Shown in pieces: positions 18,928 to 29,300 of a DNA stretch of 64,000 nucleotides (its first letter is position 1; each line of letters starts with the position of its first letter). Source of the stretch: an uncultured Streptobacillus sp. (GTDB lineage: Bacteria; Fusobacteriota; Fusobacteriia; Fusobacteriales; Leptotrichiaceae). The notes beneath the pieces are model-generated. The model had not been told where the DNA came from and did no database searches. It worked only from the letters and a program-made list of their open reading frames with translations. The stretch spans positions 4,398-68,397 of the forward strand of contig CAURNT010000001.1 of the NCBI GenBank assembly GCA_963526495.1, in the 5' to 3' direction. Position numbers and translations under genes: made by a program.

Positions 18928-19281
18928 TTAAATTAAAACTAGTCTAAAAATAAAGTTAAATATATAAATCAAAATTGAAAAAATTAAAAATAAACAAATA
19001 TATTCTAATTTTTGATTTCTGATTTTATTTTTCAGATGATTATTAAAAAGTTTATATGTACTTATTCCACAAAACGATATACTAAGAATTAATGATAAAA
19101 AATCATTTTTATTTATTAAGTTAATATAGTATTCCGGTACATTTTCTTTTAATTTTTCAAATGCTCTATCAACTAAAAATAAAGTAAAAATAACTTTCAA
19201 ATTATAGAATTTTTTATTTCTACTATATATTCTTTCTATCACGATAAACATTAAAATAAATAATATAGAAACTTTATACAC
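18928..19281 (-). CDS. Hypothetical membrane protein
   Basis: 117 aa. GTG start with AGGAGAGGA SD. Hydrophobic N- and C-terminal segments. No recognisable family. Confidence 0.45.
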   Translation of the reverse strand: MYKVSILFILMFIVIERIYSRNKKFYNLKVIFTLFLVDRAFEKLKENVPEYYINLINKNDFLSLILSISFCGISTYKLFNNHLKNKIRNQKLEYICLFLIFSILIYIFNFIFRLVLI

Positions 19282-19553
19282 TCTAATCCTCTCCTTTTAA
19301 ATTGTAATAAAATTAATTTTTTTATATTATTAACTTCATAAATAATTTAAGTTAAACACTAGTATTTGTGAGAAGTTTAACATATATAAAGTGTGTTTTC
19401 AATATATTTAATAATACATTTTATAAATATATTCCATATATAAAATTAATCTTTATATAAATAATATTTATGAATATAAATGTTAAAAGTTGTTTTAAAC
19501 CAAAGTAGCTCACTATTAAAATCAATATACTTTACATCATATATTAATAGTTG

Positions 19554-19802
19554 TTATCTATAATATTCATATTGTTTAGTTCTTAATTCTATTTCTTTTG
19601 GTAATCCTATATTTAAGTCATTACATATCTTTTCAAAATTATCTAATACATTTACTATTCTTTCTTGTATTTCTAGTGATAGTGGGAAAATTATATTTTA
19701 ATATTCTTCTTTATCTCCTCTTGGCATTTTACCAGATTTAATGTTATTTTTTATATAATTGAAGAAATTATCATCTGATAAAACAAAATATAAATATTTC
19801 AT
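19554..19802 (-). pseudogene. hsdS: Fragment of a type I restriction-modification specificity subunit (hsdS), 5'-truncated and interrupted
   Basis: Minus-strand translation reads [81 protein letters not shown]. The tail matches the conserved HsdS C-terminal block (..EEQ.RIV..LD.F..L..D...GLP.EI..R.KQYEYYR). An in-frame TAA sits at 19698-19700. Confidence 0.7.
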
Positions 19803-19867
19803 GTTTATTTTATCAGAATTCTTCTTTTTCTATATTTTCCTTTGTTTATTTTCCACTACTTTTGATT

Positions 19868-19893
19868 AAAAAAAGATGTAGGTATAACCTACA
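19868..19893 (-). terminator. Intrinsic terminator 3' of xth
   Basis: Stem tgtaggt (19877-19883) / acctaca (19887-19893) with a 3-nt loop, followed by a U-run on the minus transcript (A-run 19868-19874). Confidence 0.5.
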
Positions 19894-19897
19894 CCCT

Positions 19898-20653
19898 TTA
19901 CTTCATATACAAAACTACAGGACAATGATCTGATCCTTCTATATTCGACTGTATTTCAGCATCAGTTATTCTATTTTTTAAACTTTCTGAAACACAAAAA
20001 TAATCTATTCTCCAGCCAGTATTATTCTTTCTAGCATTTCCTCTATACGACCACCAAGAATATGCAAATTCTTTATCTGGATAAAAATATCTAAAAGTAT
20101 CTATAAATCCAGAATCAAGTAGATTTGTAAATTTATTTCTTTCTTCTATTGTAAAACCTGGATTTCTTGTATTTGTTTTAGGATTTTTTAAATCAATTTC
20201 CTTATGAGCCACATTTAAATCTCCACAAACAATTACAGGCTTTGATTTTTCTAAATTTTTTAAATATTTTAAAAATTCATCTTCCCATATCATTCTATAA
20301 TCTAATCTTAATAACTTATCTTTAGAATTAGGTGTATATACTGTTACAAAATAGTATTCAGAAAATTCTGCAGTTATTACACGTCCTTCATTATCATGTT
20401 CTTCAATTCCAATACCATAAGTCACATTTATTGGTTTTTCTTTTGTAAATATTGCAGTACCTGAATACCCTTTTCTTTCTGCATAATTGTAATACATATT
20501 ATAACCAGGTATTTCTAAATCTAACTGTCCTTCACTAAGTTTTATTTCTTGTAACCCTATTATATCAGGGTTTTGTTCTTCAATATATTCTAAAAATCCT
20601 TTTTTTATAACGGCTCTCAAGCCATTTACATTCCATGATATATATTTTTTCAT
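19898..20653 (-). CDS. xth: Exodeoxyribonuclease III (AP endonuclease, EEP fold)
   Basis: 251 aa. Motifs [15 protein letters not shown] and GDLNVAH, with C-terminal SDHCPV. Confidence 0.93.
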   Translation of the reverse strand: MKKYISWNVNGLRAVIKKGFLEYIEEQNPDIIGLQEIKLSEGQLDLEIPGYNMYYNYAERKGYSGTAIFTKEKPINVTYGIGIEEHDNEGRVITAEFSEYYFVTVYTPNSKDKLLRLDYRMIWEDEFLKYLKNLEKSKPVIVCGDLNVAHKEIDLKNPKTNTRNPGFTIEERNKFTNLLDSGFIDTFRYFYPDKEFAYSWWSYRGNARKNNTGWRIDYFCVSESLKNRITDAEIQSNIEGSDHCPVVLYMK

Positions 20654-21126
20654 TACTCTCCTAATTTAAATAATTTTAAAATTTTATGAATATCAGCATT
20701 ATCGTTAGTAAATATTCCAAATTCTTTTCCATCTTTTATCAAAGTAACAGATGGTATAGAGTCTATTTCATACTTCTCCATTATACTAAGTTCATCATCA
20801 AGATAAATATTATACAAATAATTATTTTTATTAAAATAAGAAATACTTTCTTCTTCATAATCATATAATTCTTTATTATGAACAATATAAGGATAAACTA
20901 TAATATATGTTTTAATATTATTATTCATTTTATTTTTTATTTTGTTATAATCTTTCAAAAAATTTTGACAAGCAGGACACCATGCAGCAGCATAAATAAT
21001 TACCGCATTTTTATTAGTTTTCAATACTTTTTCATATAAATCTTGATTTCCTAATTTTTCATATTTTATCTTTGAAAAAGAAAATATAGGTAAAACCAAA
21101 AGTAAAAATAATAATATTTTTTTCAT
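20653..21126 (-). CDS. Secreted thioredoxin-like (TlpA/ResA-type) thiol-disulfide oxidoreductase
   Basis: 157 aa. Signal peptide and a WCPAC active-site motif. Confidence 0.75.
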   Translation of the reverse strand: MKKILLFLLLVLPIFSFSKIKYEKLGNQDLYEKVLKTNKNAVIIYAAAWCPACQNFLKDYNKIKNKMNNNIKTYIIVYPYIVHNKELYDYEEESISYFNKNNYLYNIYLDDELSIMEKYEIDSIPSVTLIKDGKEFGIFTNDNADIHKILKLFKLGE

Positions 21127-21136
21127 TTCCCCACCC

Positions 21137-22492
21137 CTATTTATTATTTATTAATATATTTGTGTATATTTTAATTTTTTCTTTATTTTTATCACTATTA
21201 GCTATATCTATTAAAATTTCTAGTGCTTTGATATTTTCCTGTGATAAAGCTATTAAAGCATATTTTTTTCTTTCATATTTATCAGTTGATTTTTGTGCTA
21301 AAAGTAAACTAGATTCAGCATCACCTAATTTAGAGGCTATCTTTAAATAGTCATCATATTCTTCATTAAGATCTATATCAAATAAAAACTTGTATTCTTG
21401 ATTTAAATTTACAAGTTTAGTTGCTACTGTAATATCTCCAAACTCAAATGCTTTTTTATACATATTTATAGAATTATATGGATCTCCTGAATTTTCATAA
21501 TATTCTCCAAGTTTTCTATAAACAGGTATATACTCCATTTTCTCAAGTTTGTCATATATTTCTTTTGCCTTAACCCATTCATCATTTTCAAAATATAAAT
21601 TGGCTTTTATAAATTCTAATTCTTTATCAAAATGAGGTATTTTATTAATTAATTCAATGTTTTCTTTTCTCTTACTTATAGTTGATACATCAGAATTTTG
21701 AAGTAATTTTATTGCTGACTTAGTATGCTTATATGTCTTATATAATTCCTTATATATACTCATAGCTTCATCCAGTTCTCCTTCTAACTCTAAATACTGT
21801 GCCTTTGCAAAGAGAGCATCAACATTATTTTCTTCTATAAAAGGTTTTAAAACTTTGTAGGAATCTACTGCATCATACTTTTCTATCAAAAACTTACCTA
21901 ACCTTAATCTTTCGGCAGATGTAATATCATTTTTATTATACTTAATATATAATTCTTCCATTTGCTTATATTCCTCTAAATTTTTACTCATATCTATATA
22001 AACTGGATAAACAGTATAATTTTTAAGTTCGTATGCTTTTTTAAAATAACTATAAGCTTCGGTATATCTTTTTAAATTATATAAATAACTCGCTAAAAAT
22101 GCTATTGCTTCAACATTATTTTGTTTAGCTGCTTTTTCTAATTTTTCTATAGCTTCACCACTCTTATTTGAAAACAAATCATATCTAGCATTTCTATATT
22201 CTGCATAACCGAAAGAAATATTTTCTTTATCATCATAGAATTTTTTTAATATTTCTTCATCTACTAATCCATTTATAGTTTCATATATTTCAGGATCATT
22301 TTTATCTGCAGCTTTTTCTAAATATTTCAAAGTATTATCATTATCTTCCTCATATATTTTAATAACAGCCTCTTCAACATAATCAAAAGCCTGATTGAAG
22401 TATATATTTTTTTTAAACAGATATACAATAAAAACAACTAAAACTAAAGAAAAAACTAATATTATTTCTTTTAATATTTTATTATTCTTCAT
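21137..22492 (-). CDS. Membrane-anchored TPR/Sel1-like repeat protein
   Basis: 451 aa. One N-terminal TM segment, then repeated roughly 35-aa A/Y/L helical-pair patterns (..A..YL..A..). Confidence 0.6.
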   Translation of the reverse strand: MKNNKILKEIILVFSLVLVVFIVYLFKKNIYFNQAFDYVEEAVIKIYEEDNDNTLKYLEKAADKNDPEIYETINGLVDEEILKKFYDDKENISFGYAEYRNARYDLFSNKSGEAIEKLEKAAKQNNVEAIAFLASYLYNLKRYTEAYSYFKKAYELKNYTVYPVYIDMSKNLEEYKQMEELYIKYNKNDITSAERLRLGKFLIEKYDAVDSYKVLKPFIEENNVDALFAKAQYLELEGELDEAMSIYKELYKTYKHTKSAIKLLQNSDVSTISKRKENIELINKIPHFDKELEFIKANLYFENDEWVKAKEIYDKLEKMEYIPVYRKLGEYYENSGDPYNSINMYKKAFEFGDITVATKLVNLNQEYKFLFDIDLNEEYDDYLKIASKLGDAESSLLLAQKSTDKYERKKYALIALSQENIKALEILIDIANSDKNKEKIKIYTNILINNK

Positions 22493-22501
22493 TTATAACA
22501 C

Positions 22502-24379
22502 CTATCTAATTTGAGAATTATTTTTAATTGAATCATCAACTGTTAAAAGCTTAGTTTTCTTCTTTTCAACTGTTGTTAAAAGCATACCTTGTGATATATG
22601 ACCTTTTAATTCTACTGGTTTAAGATTTAATACAGCAGCTACTTTTTTCCCTACTAAATCTTGTTCTTGTTTATAATATCTTGCAACTCCCGATAATATT
22701 TGTCTTTTATCCTTACCAGTATCTATTATAAATTTTAAAAGAGCATCACTTTCTTTAATTCTCTCAACTTTCTTAATTTCTACTACCCTAATATCTATAT
22801 TATTAAAATCATCTATAGTTATAGGATTATTAATTTCTATATCATCATATTCATTTTCTACTATTTCTATCCTAGGAAATAAAACATCATTTGTATTTAA
22901 TTTAGTATTTGATGGAAAAATATACCAATCCCTAACATCTACTAATTTAATATCTTTAACATTTTTTTCTATACCTAAACTATGTAATATTTTATTTGAA
23001 GTTTCCGGCATTACTGGATAAATTAATACCCCAACTTTATATATACCTTCTACAAGGTTATATAAAACTTGATTTAATCTTTCTAAATTTCCATTTTTAA
23101 ATAAAATCCAAGGTTCAGTTTCATCTATATACTTATTAAGTCTAGAAATAAATTTCCATATATTTTTTAACATTTCAGAAAAATTAAAATCTGTGTATGA
23201 TTTATCTACATTTTCTAAAGTTTCTTTCCATAAATTTAATAACTCATTATCAATTTCTTCATTTTTATCTGTCCTAGAAACAATAAGTTCAAAATATTTA
23301 TTTTGCATACCAACTACTCTATTTATTAAATTTCCTAAATCATTTGCTAAATCACTATTTATTCTTTGAATAAATGTTTTTTTAGAATAGTCTGCATCCT
23401 GTCCAAATGTTGCCTCTCTAAGTAAAAAATATCTAAATGAATCTACACCATATTCTTCTACAACTTCTATTGGGTCTACTACATTACCTAATGATTTACT
23501 CATTTTTTCACCTTCTATAGTCCACCAACCATGAACACCTAAAGTATTAGGTAGTTCTATACCAGCAGACATAAGCATAGCAGGCCATATTATTGCATGA
23601 AATCTTAAAATATCTTTTCCTACAACATGTATTACTTCTCCATTATTCCAATATTTATTAAAATCATCACTTCCAAAACCAGCTCCTGTAAGATATGAAT
23701 TTAAAGCATCAAACCAAACATAAACTATATGATCTTTATCTAGTGGTAAAGGTATTCCCCATTTAAATGAAGTTCTTGAGATAGATAAATCTTGTAATCC
23801 TTGTTTTACAAAAGATATAACTTCATTTCTTCTACTTTGTGGTTTAATAAAATCAGGATTATTTTCATAAAATTCAAGTAATTTATCTTGATATTTTGAT
23901 AGTTTAAAGAAATATGATTTTTCTACCATATCTATTACTTCTTTACCCATATACTTACCATCTACAAGTTGTGATTCTGTAACAAAAGTTTCTTCACTAA
24001 CAGAATATTTTCCTATATATTCACCACTATATATATCTCCATTTTTATAAACAGTTTCTATAATTTTTTGAACATTTTTTTCATGTATAGGATTAGTTGT
24101 TCTAACAAACTCATCATATTCTATATTTAATTTATCCCACAATTTAATAAAATCAGATTTCATAAAATCTACCCATTCTTGGGGTGTAACATTATTTTTT
24201 TTAGCACTTTCTTCTATTTTTTGACCATGTTCATCAGTTCCAGTAATAAACTTAACATCTATTCCTTTAAGTTTATTATATCTTGATATAACATCACATA
24301 TTACAGTCGTATAAGCAGTACCTAAATGCGGTTTTGCATTTGGATAATATATTGGTGTCGTTATATACATTGTTTTCAT
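22502..24379 (-). CDS. metG: Methionine--tRNA ligase with C-terminal tRNA-binding (EMAP/Trbp111-like) domain
   Basis: 625 aa. HIGH-type PHLGTAYT, KMSKS and an anticodon-binding region. Its start overlaps the trmL stop (ATGA). Confidence 0.95.
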   Translation of the reverse strand: MKTMYITTPIYYPNAKPHLGTAYTTVICDVISRYNKLKGIDVKFITGTDEHGQKIEESAKKNNVTPQEWVDFMKSDFIKLWDKLNIEYDEFVRTTNPIHEKNVQKIIETVYKNGDIYSGEYIGKYSVSEETFVTESQLVDGKYMGKEVIDMVEKSYFFKLSKYQDKLLEFYENNPDFIKPQSRRNEVISFVKQGLQDLSISRTSFKWGIPLPLDKDHIVYVWFDALNSYLTGAGFGSDDFNKYWNNGEVIHVVGKDILRFHAIIWPAMLMSAGIELPNTLGVHGWWTIEGEKMSKSLGNVVDPIEVVEEYGVDSFRYFLLREATFGQDADYSKKTFIQRINSDLANDLGNLINRVVGMQNKYFELIVSRTDKNEEIDNELLNLWKETLENVDKSYTDFNFSEMLKNIWKFISRLNKYIDETEPWILFKNGNLERLNQVLYNLVEGIYKVGVLIYPVMPETSNKILHSLGIEKNVKDIKLVDVRDWYIFPSNTKLNTNDVLFPRIEIVENEYDDIEINNPITIDDFNNIDIRVVEIKKVERIKESDALLKFIIDTGKDKRQILSGVARYYKQEQDLVGKKVAAVLNLKPVELKGHISQGMLLTTVEKKKTKLLTVDDSIKNNSQIR

Positions 24380-24894
24380 TTTTTTGTCGCTCCCTTTTCT
24401 GTTAATTCATATTTTATTCTTTCAACTTCTATTTCATCCATATCAAACTCAAAATTCGTTTGTCTTAATGCTTCATAAAGTATTATTGCTGCTGAATTTG
24501 ATAAATTAAGAGATCTTCCTATTTTTAGCATAGGTATAGTTATATTATCTTCTTTATATTTATTTAATATTTCTTCAGGTATTCCACGTGATTCTGGTCC
24601 AAACATAATATAGTCATTTTCATTATATGTAACATCCGTATATTTTTTTGTTGTTTTAGTTGTAGCAAAGTATATTTTACCATCACCTTTATTAGAAAGA
24701 AAGTCTTCAAAACTTTCCCATACTTTTACTTTAACATATTTCCAATAATCAAGACCTGCTCTTTTAACAGCTTTATCATCTAAAGAAAAACCAAGTGGTT
24801 TAATTAAATGTAATGTTGTATTTGTAATAACACAACTTCTACCTATATTACCCGTATTATAAGGCATTTCTGGTTGATATAAAACTATGTTCAT
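24376..24894 (-). CDS. trmL: tRNA (cytidine/uridine-2'-O)-methyltransferase TrmL (SpoU/TrmH family)
   Basis: 172 aa. Contains NIVLYQPEMPYNTGNIGRSC and the LNLSNSAAIILYE knot motifs. Confidence 0.88.
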   Translation of the reverse strand: MNIVLYQPEMPYNTGNIGRSCVITNTTLHLIKPLGFSLDDKAVKRAGLDYWKYVKVKVWESFEDFLSNKGDGKIYFATTKTTKKYTDVTYNENDYIMFGPESRGIPEEILNKYKEDNITIPMLKIGRSLNLSNSAAIILYEALRQTNFEFDMDEIEVERIKYELTEKGATKK

Positions 24895-24989
24895 AATATC
24901 CCCTTTCTATATAGAAATCATAGATTTATAATTAAAAAATTTATAGGTATATTTTACTATATATATTTTTTTTTATCAAGGATATATAT

Positions 24990-25021
24990 AAAAAAGACGA
25001 TAGATATATTTTTCTATCGAC
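24990..25021 (-). terminator. Intrinsic terminator 3' of the M50 protease gene
   Basis: Stem cgataga (24998-25004) / tctatcg (25013-25019), followed by a U-run on the minus transcript (A-run 24990-24995). Confidence 0.45.
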
Positions 25022-25033
25022 TTTTCTATATTT

Positions 25034-25819
25034 TTATACAAATTTACTAACTATCCTCATAATATCATTATAAAACACATAAATCATTAATAACATTATT
25101 AATATAAATCCTATTGTATGAATAGTTTCTTCAATTTTTTTATTTAATTTTATTCCACAAGCTTCTAATAATACAAACACAACACGCCCTCCATCAACAG
25201 CAGGAATTGGTATTAAATTAAGAATTCCTATATTTATAGAAAGTATTGCAAATAATGGTAATAATACAATAAATCCATTTTGTTCAATTTGAGATTTAAA
25301 TACACTTGGAAGACCAACTGGTCCTACTAAATTATTTGCAGCTACTTTTCCTGTTATCAATAATTCTAAACTCTTAAACGTACCTATAAATCCATTTAAA
25401 AAACCATTAATTGCACCCATAAATCCATATCCAACTATTATTGAATATATTAAATAAGCTGTAAATGCAGTTAAAAAATTCATAAAAACTCCAGCCAAAA
25501 GTACAACAAGTTGTTCACATTTAGGATGTGATATAAAGCCTTCTTTATTATATTTTTCAATTTCTTCAATACTTAAATGAGAATATTCTTTATCATTTTT
25601 ATCAATCTTCATCATACCTTCAATAGAAACAAATCCACCTATAGGTATTATTCTTATTGAATATTTCGTATCATTAATTTTTTTAGAATAAATTATAGGG
25701 CCCATTCCTATAGAAAATTCTGAAACTGGCATTTTAAAATATTTAGCAGTTGAAAAATGACCAAACTCATGTAAAGTTATTATTAATCCCAGTATTAATA
25801 AAGTTATAATTATTATCAT
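25034..25819 (-). CDS. RseP/RasP-like M50 site-2 metalloprotease lacking a PDZ domain
   Basis: 261 aa. HEFGH at residues 17-21 and NLIPIPAVDGG near the C-terminus. There is no room for a PDZ insert between the TM segments. Confidence 0.85.
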   Translation of the reverse strand: MIIIITLLILGLIITLHEFGHFSTAKYFKMPVSEFSIGMGPIIYSKKINDTKYSIRIIPIGGFVSIEGMMKIDKNDKEYSHLSIEEIEKYNKEGFISHPKCEQLVVLLAGVFMNFLTAFTAYLIYSIIVGYGFMGAINGFLNGFIGTFKSLELLITGKVAANNLVGPVGLPSVFKSQIEQNGFIVLLPLFAILSINIGILNLIPIPAVDGGRVVFVLLEACGIKLNKKIEETIHTIGFILIMLLMIYVFYNDIMRIVSKFV

Positions 25820-26415
25820 TATTTAATCCTCTTTTCTAATTCTATCCTTTTATATATATTTCTAACAATATATTTATTTTGTGTATAATAAGCAATATCA
25901 TTTGTAATTATTAGAACCTCTGTTTCATTTACTAAAGTCATATCTTCCTCAGAATAAATTTTTTCAATATTATCTACATAATTTTTATACTCTTCAACAA
26001 CTTCTCCTAAAACATACGTATTTTCACCTTTTGAAATCTTAAAAATATATGATAATATGTTATCTTTTCCAGAAATTTCATACATAGATATATTTTTAGA
26101 ATTTTTATTAAACTCTTTAAAACTAATATCTAATTGTTCAAATATATCCATATACTCTATTTTTAATTTTTCTAAAATTTTATTTGGTGATTCAGAATTA
26201 TAGTTTTTTGAATCATCATTTGCAGGAATTAATAAAAGAAATCCTTTACTTTCAAGATTTGAAACACTTGTATATGCTGCACTTCTAGAAATTTCTAAAA
26301 TTTTAGATAATTGTGTTGGATTTAACCCTGGTTTATATACCAAACATTCATATATTTTTGCTTCTATTTCTGAAAAACCTATTTTTTTTAATAGTTTCGT
26401 CCACTTAAATTTCAT
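25819..26415 (-). CDS. TrmB-like winged-helix transcriptional regulator
   Basis: 198 aa. N-terminal GFSEIEAKIYECLVYKPGLNPTQLSKILEISRSAAYTSVSNLESKGFL resembles the TrmB HTH. The C-terminal half is unassigned. Confidence 0.6.
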   Translation of the reverse strand: MKFKWTKLLKKIGFSEIEAKIYECLVYKPGLNPTQLSKILEISRSAAYTSVSNLESKGFLLLIPANDDSKNYNSESPNKILEKLKIEYMDIFEQLDISFKEFNKNSKNISMYEISGKDNILSYIFKISKGENTYVLGEVVEEYKNYVDNIEKIYSEEDMTLVNETEVLIITNDIAYYTQNKYIVRNIYKRIELEKRIK

Positions 26416-27941
26416 TATTTTATCCCCATTAATTCTTGATATGTACTTTTCATATATGTATCTGTCATTCCTGAAATATAATCGGTAACAATCAATAATC
26501 TTAAATAAAGTTTATATGAATATATTTTATTCTTATATTCATTTTCTAAACTATCTTTTTGCTTTCCTTCTAATTGTTCTAATTTAATCTTTTCATTAAG
26601 TTCATTTAACATCTTTGTTTCATATTTTTTTGAATATATTCTATATGTTTGTTTTTGATTATCACTCAACAATATTCTAAATTTTTTATCTATTAAACTA
26701 TCATTTTCATAAGGTGTATCATAATTTATAACAGATTTAACAAATTTATCTAATAAAAACTGTATCATAGTATTTGAACCTAATTCCATTTTATTATTAT
26801 TTTTAGATTCAAATATATATTTTCTTGCAATTTCTTTTAACAATTTAAGAACATTTGAAGCTTCCGTTTCAGATAAAAGTTCATTCTTAAATCTACCATT
26901 CATTATGTTATCATAATTATCTATAAATCTTTTTATGGTATCACGTATTATTAGACCTTGTATAGATATTATCCATCTACTTGCTGCATAACTATCTGGT
27001 TTATTATAATTATTTTTAACTGCATCAACTCTATATTTCAATAATCTATCATAATAAAGATTACCTTCAGTAAATCCTGCCATATTAAGTTCATTTAATA
27101 AATTATAATAATTTATAAATCCTTTTTTAAGTCCATCTTCTATATCAGCAGTAGCATACGCTATATCATCTGCTGCTTCTAATAAAAAAGTTAAAGGATG
27201 TCTAAATACTTTATTCGTTTCAACATCATATGTACCCGTTGATTTTACTATATCCCAAAATATATCTTCTTCAGCTAAAAAATATCCCATTTTTTTATCT
27301 TTTATATTTCCACTATTTTTATCTATATTAAGTGAAGAAACTGGATATTTAATCAATGTATTTAACAATGCATATGTTAAATTCATACCATATTCATCAA
27401 CTATAAAATGTAGTTTTGATACTACCCTTATTGCTTGAGCATTTCCTTCAAAATTAGTAAAGTCACTTATCATTTGTTCATTTAAGATTTCACTTAATTT
27501 TTTCTCTTCACCATTTAAATCTTTAATAATTAATTTAGAAAGATTATCTTTAAACCATACTCTTATAGTATCTTCTCCAAAATGTCCAAATGGTGGATTT
27601 CCTATATCGTGTATTAAAGATGCTGATGCAAGTATAGTACATATAGCTTCTAATTCCTCATAACCAAAATCTTTATCTATTTTATCTTCAATAATTTTTT
27701 TACCTAAATACTGACCTAATGATTTACCGAAAGAAGAAACTTCCAAAGAATGCGTTAATCTTGTTCTAACAAAATCATTCTCCTCTAACGGAAATGCTTG
27801 AGTTTTATCTTGTAATCTTCTAAAAGAAGGTGATGATATTATTCTATGATAATCTTTATCAAAATCACTTCTAATATCACTAGCTTTTATCCTACTTCTA
27901 GCTCTTTTCGTATCTATCGAAAGTAATTGTTTCCAATTCAT
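26415..27941 (-). CDS. dgt: dGTP triphosphohydrolase-family HD-domain protein
   Basis: 508 aa. Contains FRRLQDKTQ, RLTHSLEVSSFG and HDIGNPPFGHFGE, with DDIAYATADIEDG. Confidence 0.88.
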   Translation of the reverse strand: MNWKQLLSIDTKRARSRIKASDIRSDFDKDYHRIISSPSFRRLQDKTQAFPLEENDFVRTRLTHSLEVSSFGKSLGQYLGKKIIEDKIDKDFGYEELEAICTILASASLIHDIGNPPFGHFGEDTIRVWFKDNLSKLIIKDLNGEEKKLSEILNEQMISDFTNFEGNAQAIRVVSKLHFIVDEYGMNLTYALLNTLIKYPVSSLNIDKNSGNIKDKKMGYFLAEEDIFWDIVKSTGTYDVETNKVFRHPLTFLLEAADDIAYATADIEDGLKKGFINYYNLLNELNMAGFTEGNLYYDRLLKYRVDAVKNNYNKPDSYAASRWIISIQGLIIRDTIKRFIDNYDNIMNGRFKNELLSETEASNVLKLLKEIARKYIFESKNNNKMELGSNTMIQFLLDKFVKSVINYDTPYENDSLIDKKFRILLSDNQKQTYRIYSKKYETKMLNELNEKIKLEQLEGKQKDSLENEYKNKIYSYKLYLRLLIVTDYISGMTDTYMKSTYQELMGIK

Positions 27942-27950
27942 ATTTTACCT

Positions 27951-29300
27951 CTATTCTAATATTATTTTTAACCATTTTTTCTCTTTATATCTAAAATAAC
28001 AAATTATTGAAGAAAATAAATCTGAAATACCACCTAGTAAATATACATATTTTATATCTAAACCAAATATATTTAATCCTAAATATATTAAAGGTAATGA
28101 AATAAACCACACACCTACCATATCCACTATCATACCAAAGTATATATCTCCTCCTGCTCTTAGTATACCTACAACAAATAGTAATGATATTGCTTTGTAA
28201 ACCAAACTTATAGCCTCCATATACATTATAGAATTAGTCAGTTTACTGAGTTCGGTATTTATACCCATAATCCGTAGTATAAAAGGCGTTATTAAAATTA
28301 GTATTAACCCTAGAATTATAGAAAGTAAAAACATTAGTTTTATACAAATTTTAGATACTAATTCTGCTTTTTTTAAATCGCCTTTACCAAGCTCATTTCC
28401 AATAATAACTGCTGAAGCATTAGAAATACCGGAAAAAACGCTAAATACAATAGAGCTAATAGTTGTAGTTGTAACAATAGCTGCAAATTCTACTACACCA
28501 ATTTTAGAATAAAATCTAGTTTTAAAATTAGTTCCTACAACCCAAAATATTTCATGTAAAAATGTAGGAAGTGATATCCATAATATACTTTTTACTAAAC
28601 TTGTTTCTATATTTATCATATTTTTTAATTTATCAATTATTGGTAATTTTAAACTATATACTATATATATCATATATACTAAAGCTAACAATCTTGCAAC
28701 AACAGTTGCAAAAGCTGCTCCACTTATTCCAAAAATTGGAATTAAAAGTATATTTCCAACAGCATTTACCAACAGTCCAATTAAACTTGAATAAAACGCA
28801 TATTTTGCCTTATTTATAACCCTAAGTTGCATAGAAAATGCAAAAGATAATCCTGAAAGTGGAAAAGTCAAAACTGCAATTCTAAAATACTCCACTGCAA
28901 GTTTTATAACTAAAACATCATTTGTATAAAAAGATACTAATTTTTCAGGGATAAACAACGCAATTAATAAAAATGGAAACGAGATTAATAAACTTACTAT
29001 TATTAAAAAAGATAATATATTAGACAAATGTTTGTAATCTTTCTTACCATAATATTGAGAAGAAAGTACACTTGCTCCACTATATAACCCAAATGAAGCT
29101 ACTATAAATACAAAATATATTTGATTTATTATACCTAACCCAGAAACTGCATTAACTCCTAATCCTAATGCTGGATTTTCTCTTCCAACCATAAAATTAT
29201 CTAAAAAATTAATTAAATTGTACACTAAATTTTCAAGTAAAACTGGTATTCCTATAGAAAATATAGATTTATAAATTAAAATATTCTTATTTTTTATCAT
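27951..29300 (-). CDS. MATE-family efflux transporter
   Basis: 449 aa. About 12 hydrophobic segments and a MATE-like N-terminus (IPVLLENLVYNLINFLDNFMVG). Confidence 0.85.
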   Translation of the reverse strand: MIKNKNILIYKSIFSIGIPVLLENLVYNLINFLDNFMVGRENPALGLGVNAVSGLGIINQIYFVFIVASFGLYSGASVLSSQYYGKKDYKHLSNILSFLIIVSLLISFPFLLIALFIPEKLVSFYTNDVLVIKLAVEYFRIAVLTFPLSGLSFAFSMQLRVINKAKYAFYSSLIGLLVNAVGNILLIPIFGISGAAFATVVARLLALVYMIYIVYSLKLPIIDKLKNMINIETSLVKSILWISLPTFLHEIFWVVGTNFKTRFYSKIGVVEFAAIVTTTTISSIVFSVFSGISNASAVIIGNELGKGDLKKAELVSKICIKLMFLLSIILGLILILITPFILRIMGINTELSKLTNSIMYMEAISLVYKAISLLFVVGILRAGGDIYFGMIVDMVGVWFISLPLIYLGLNIFGLDIKYVYLLGGISDLFSSIICYFRYKEKKWLKIILE

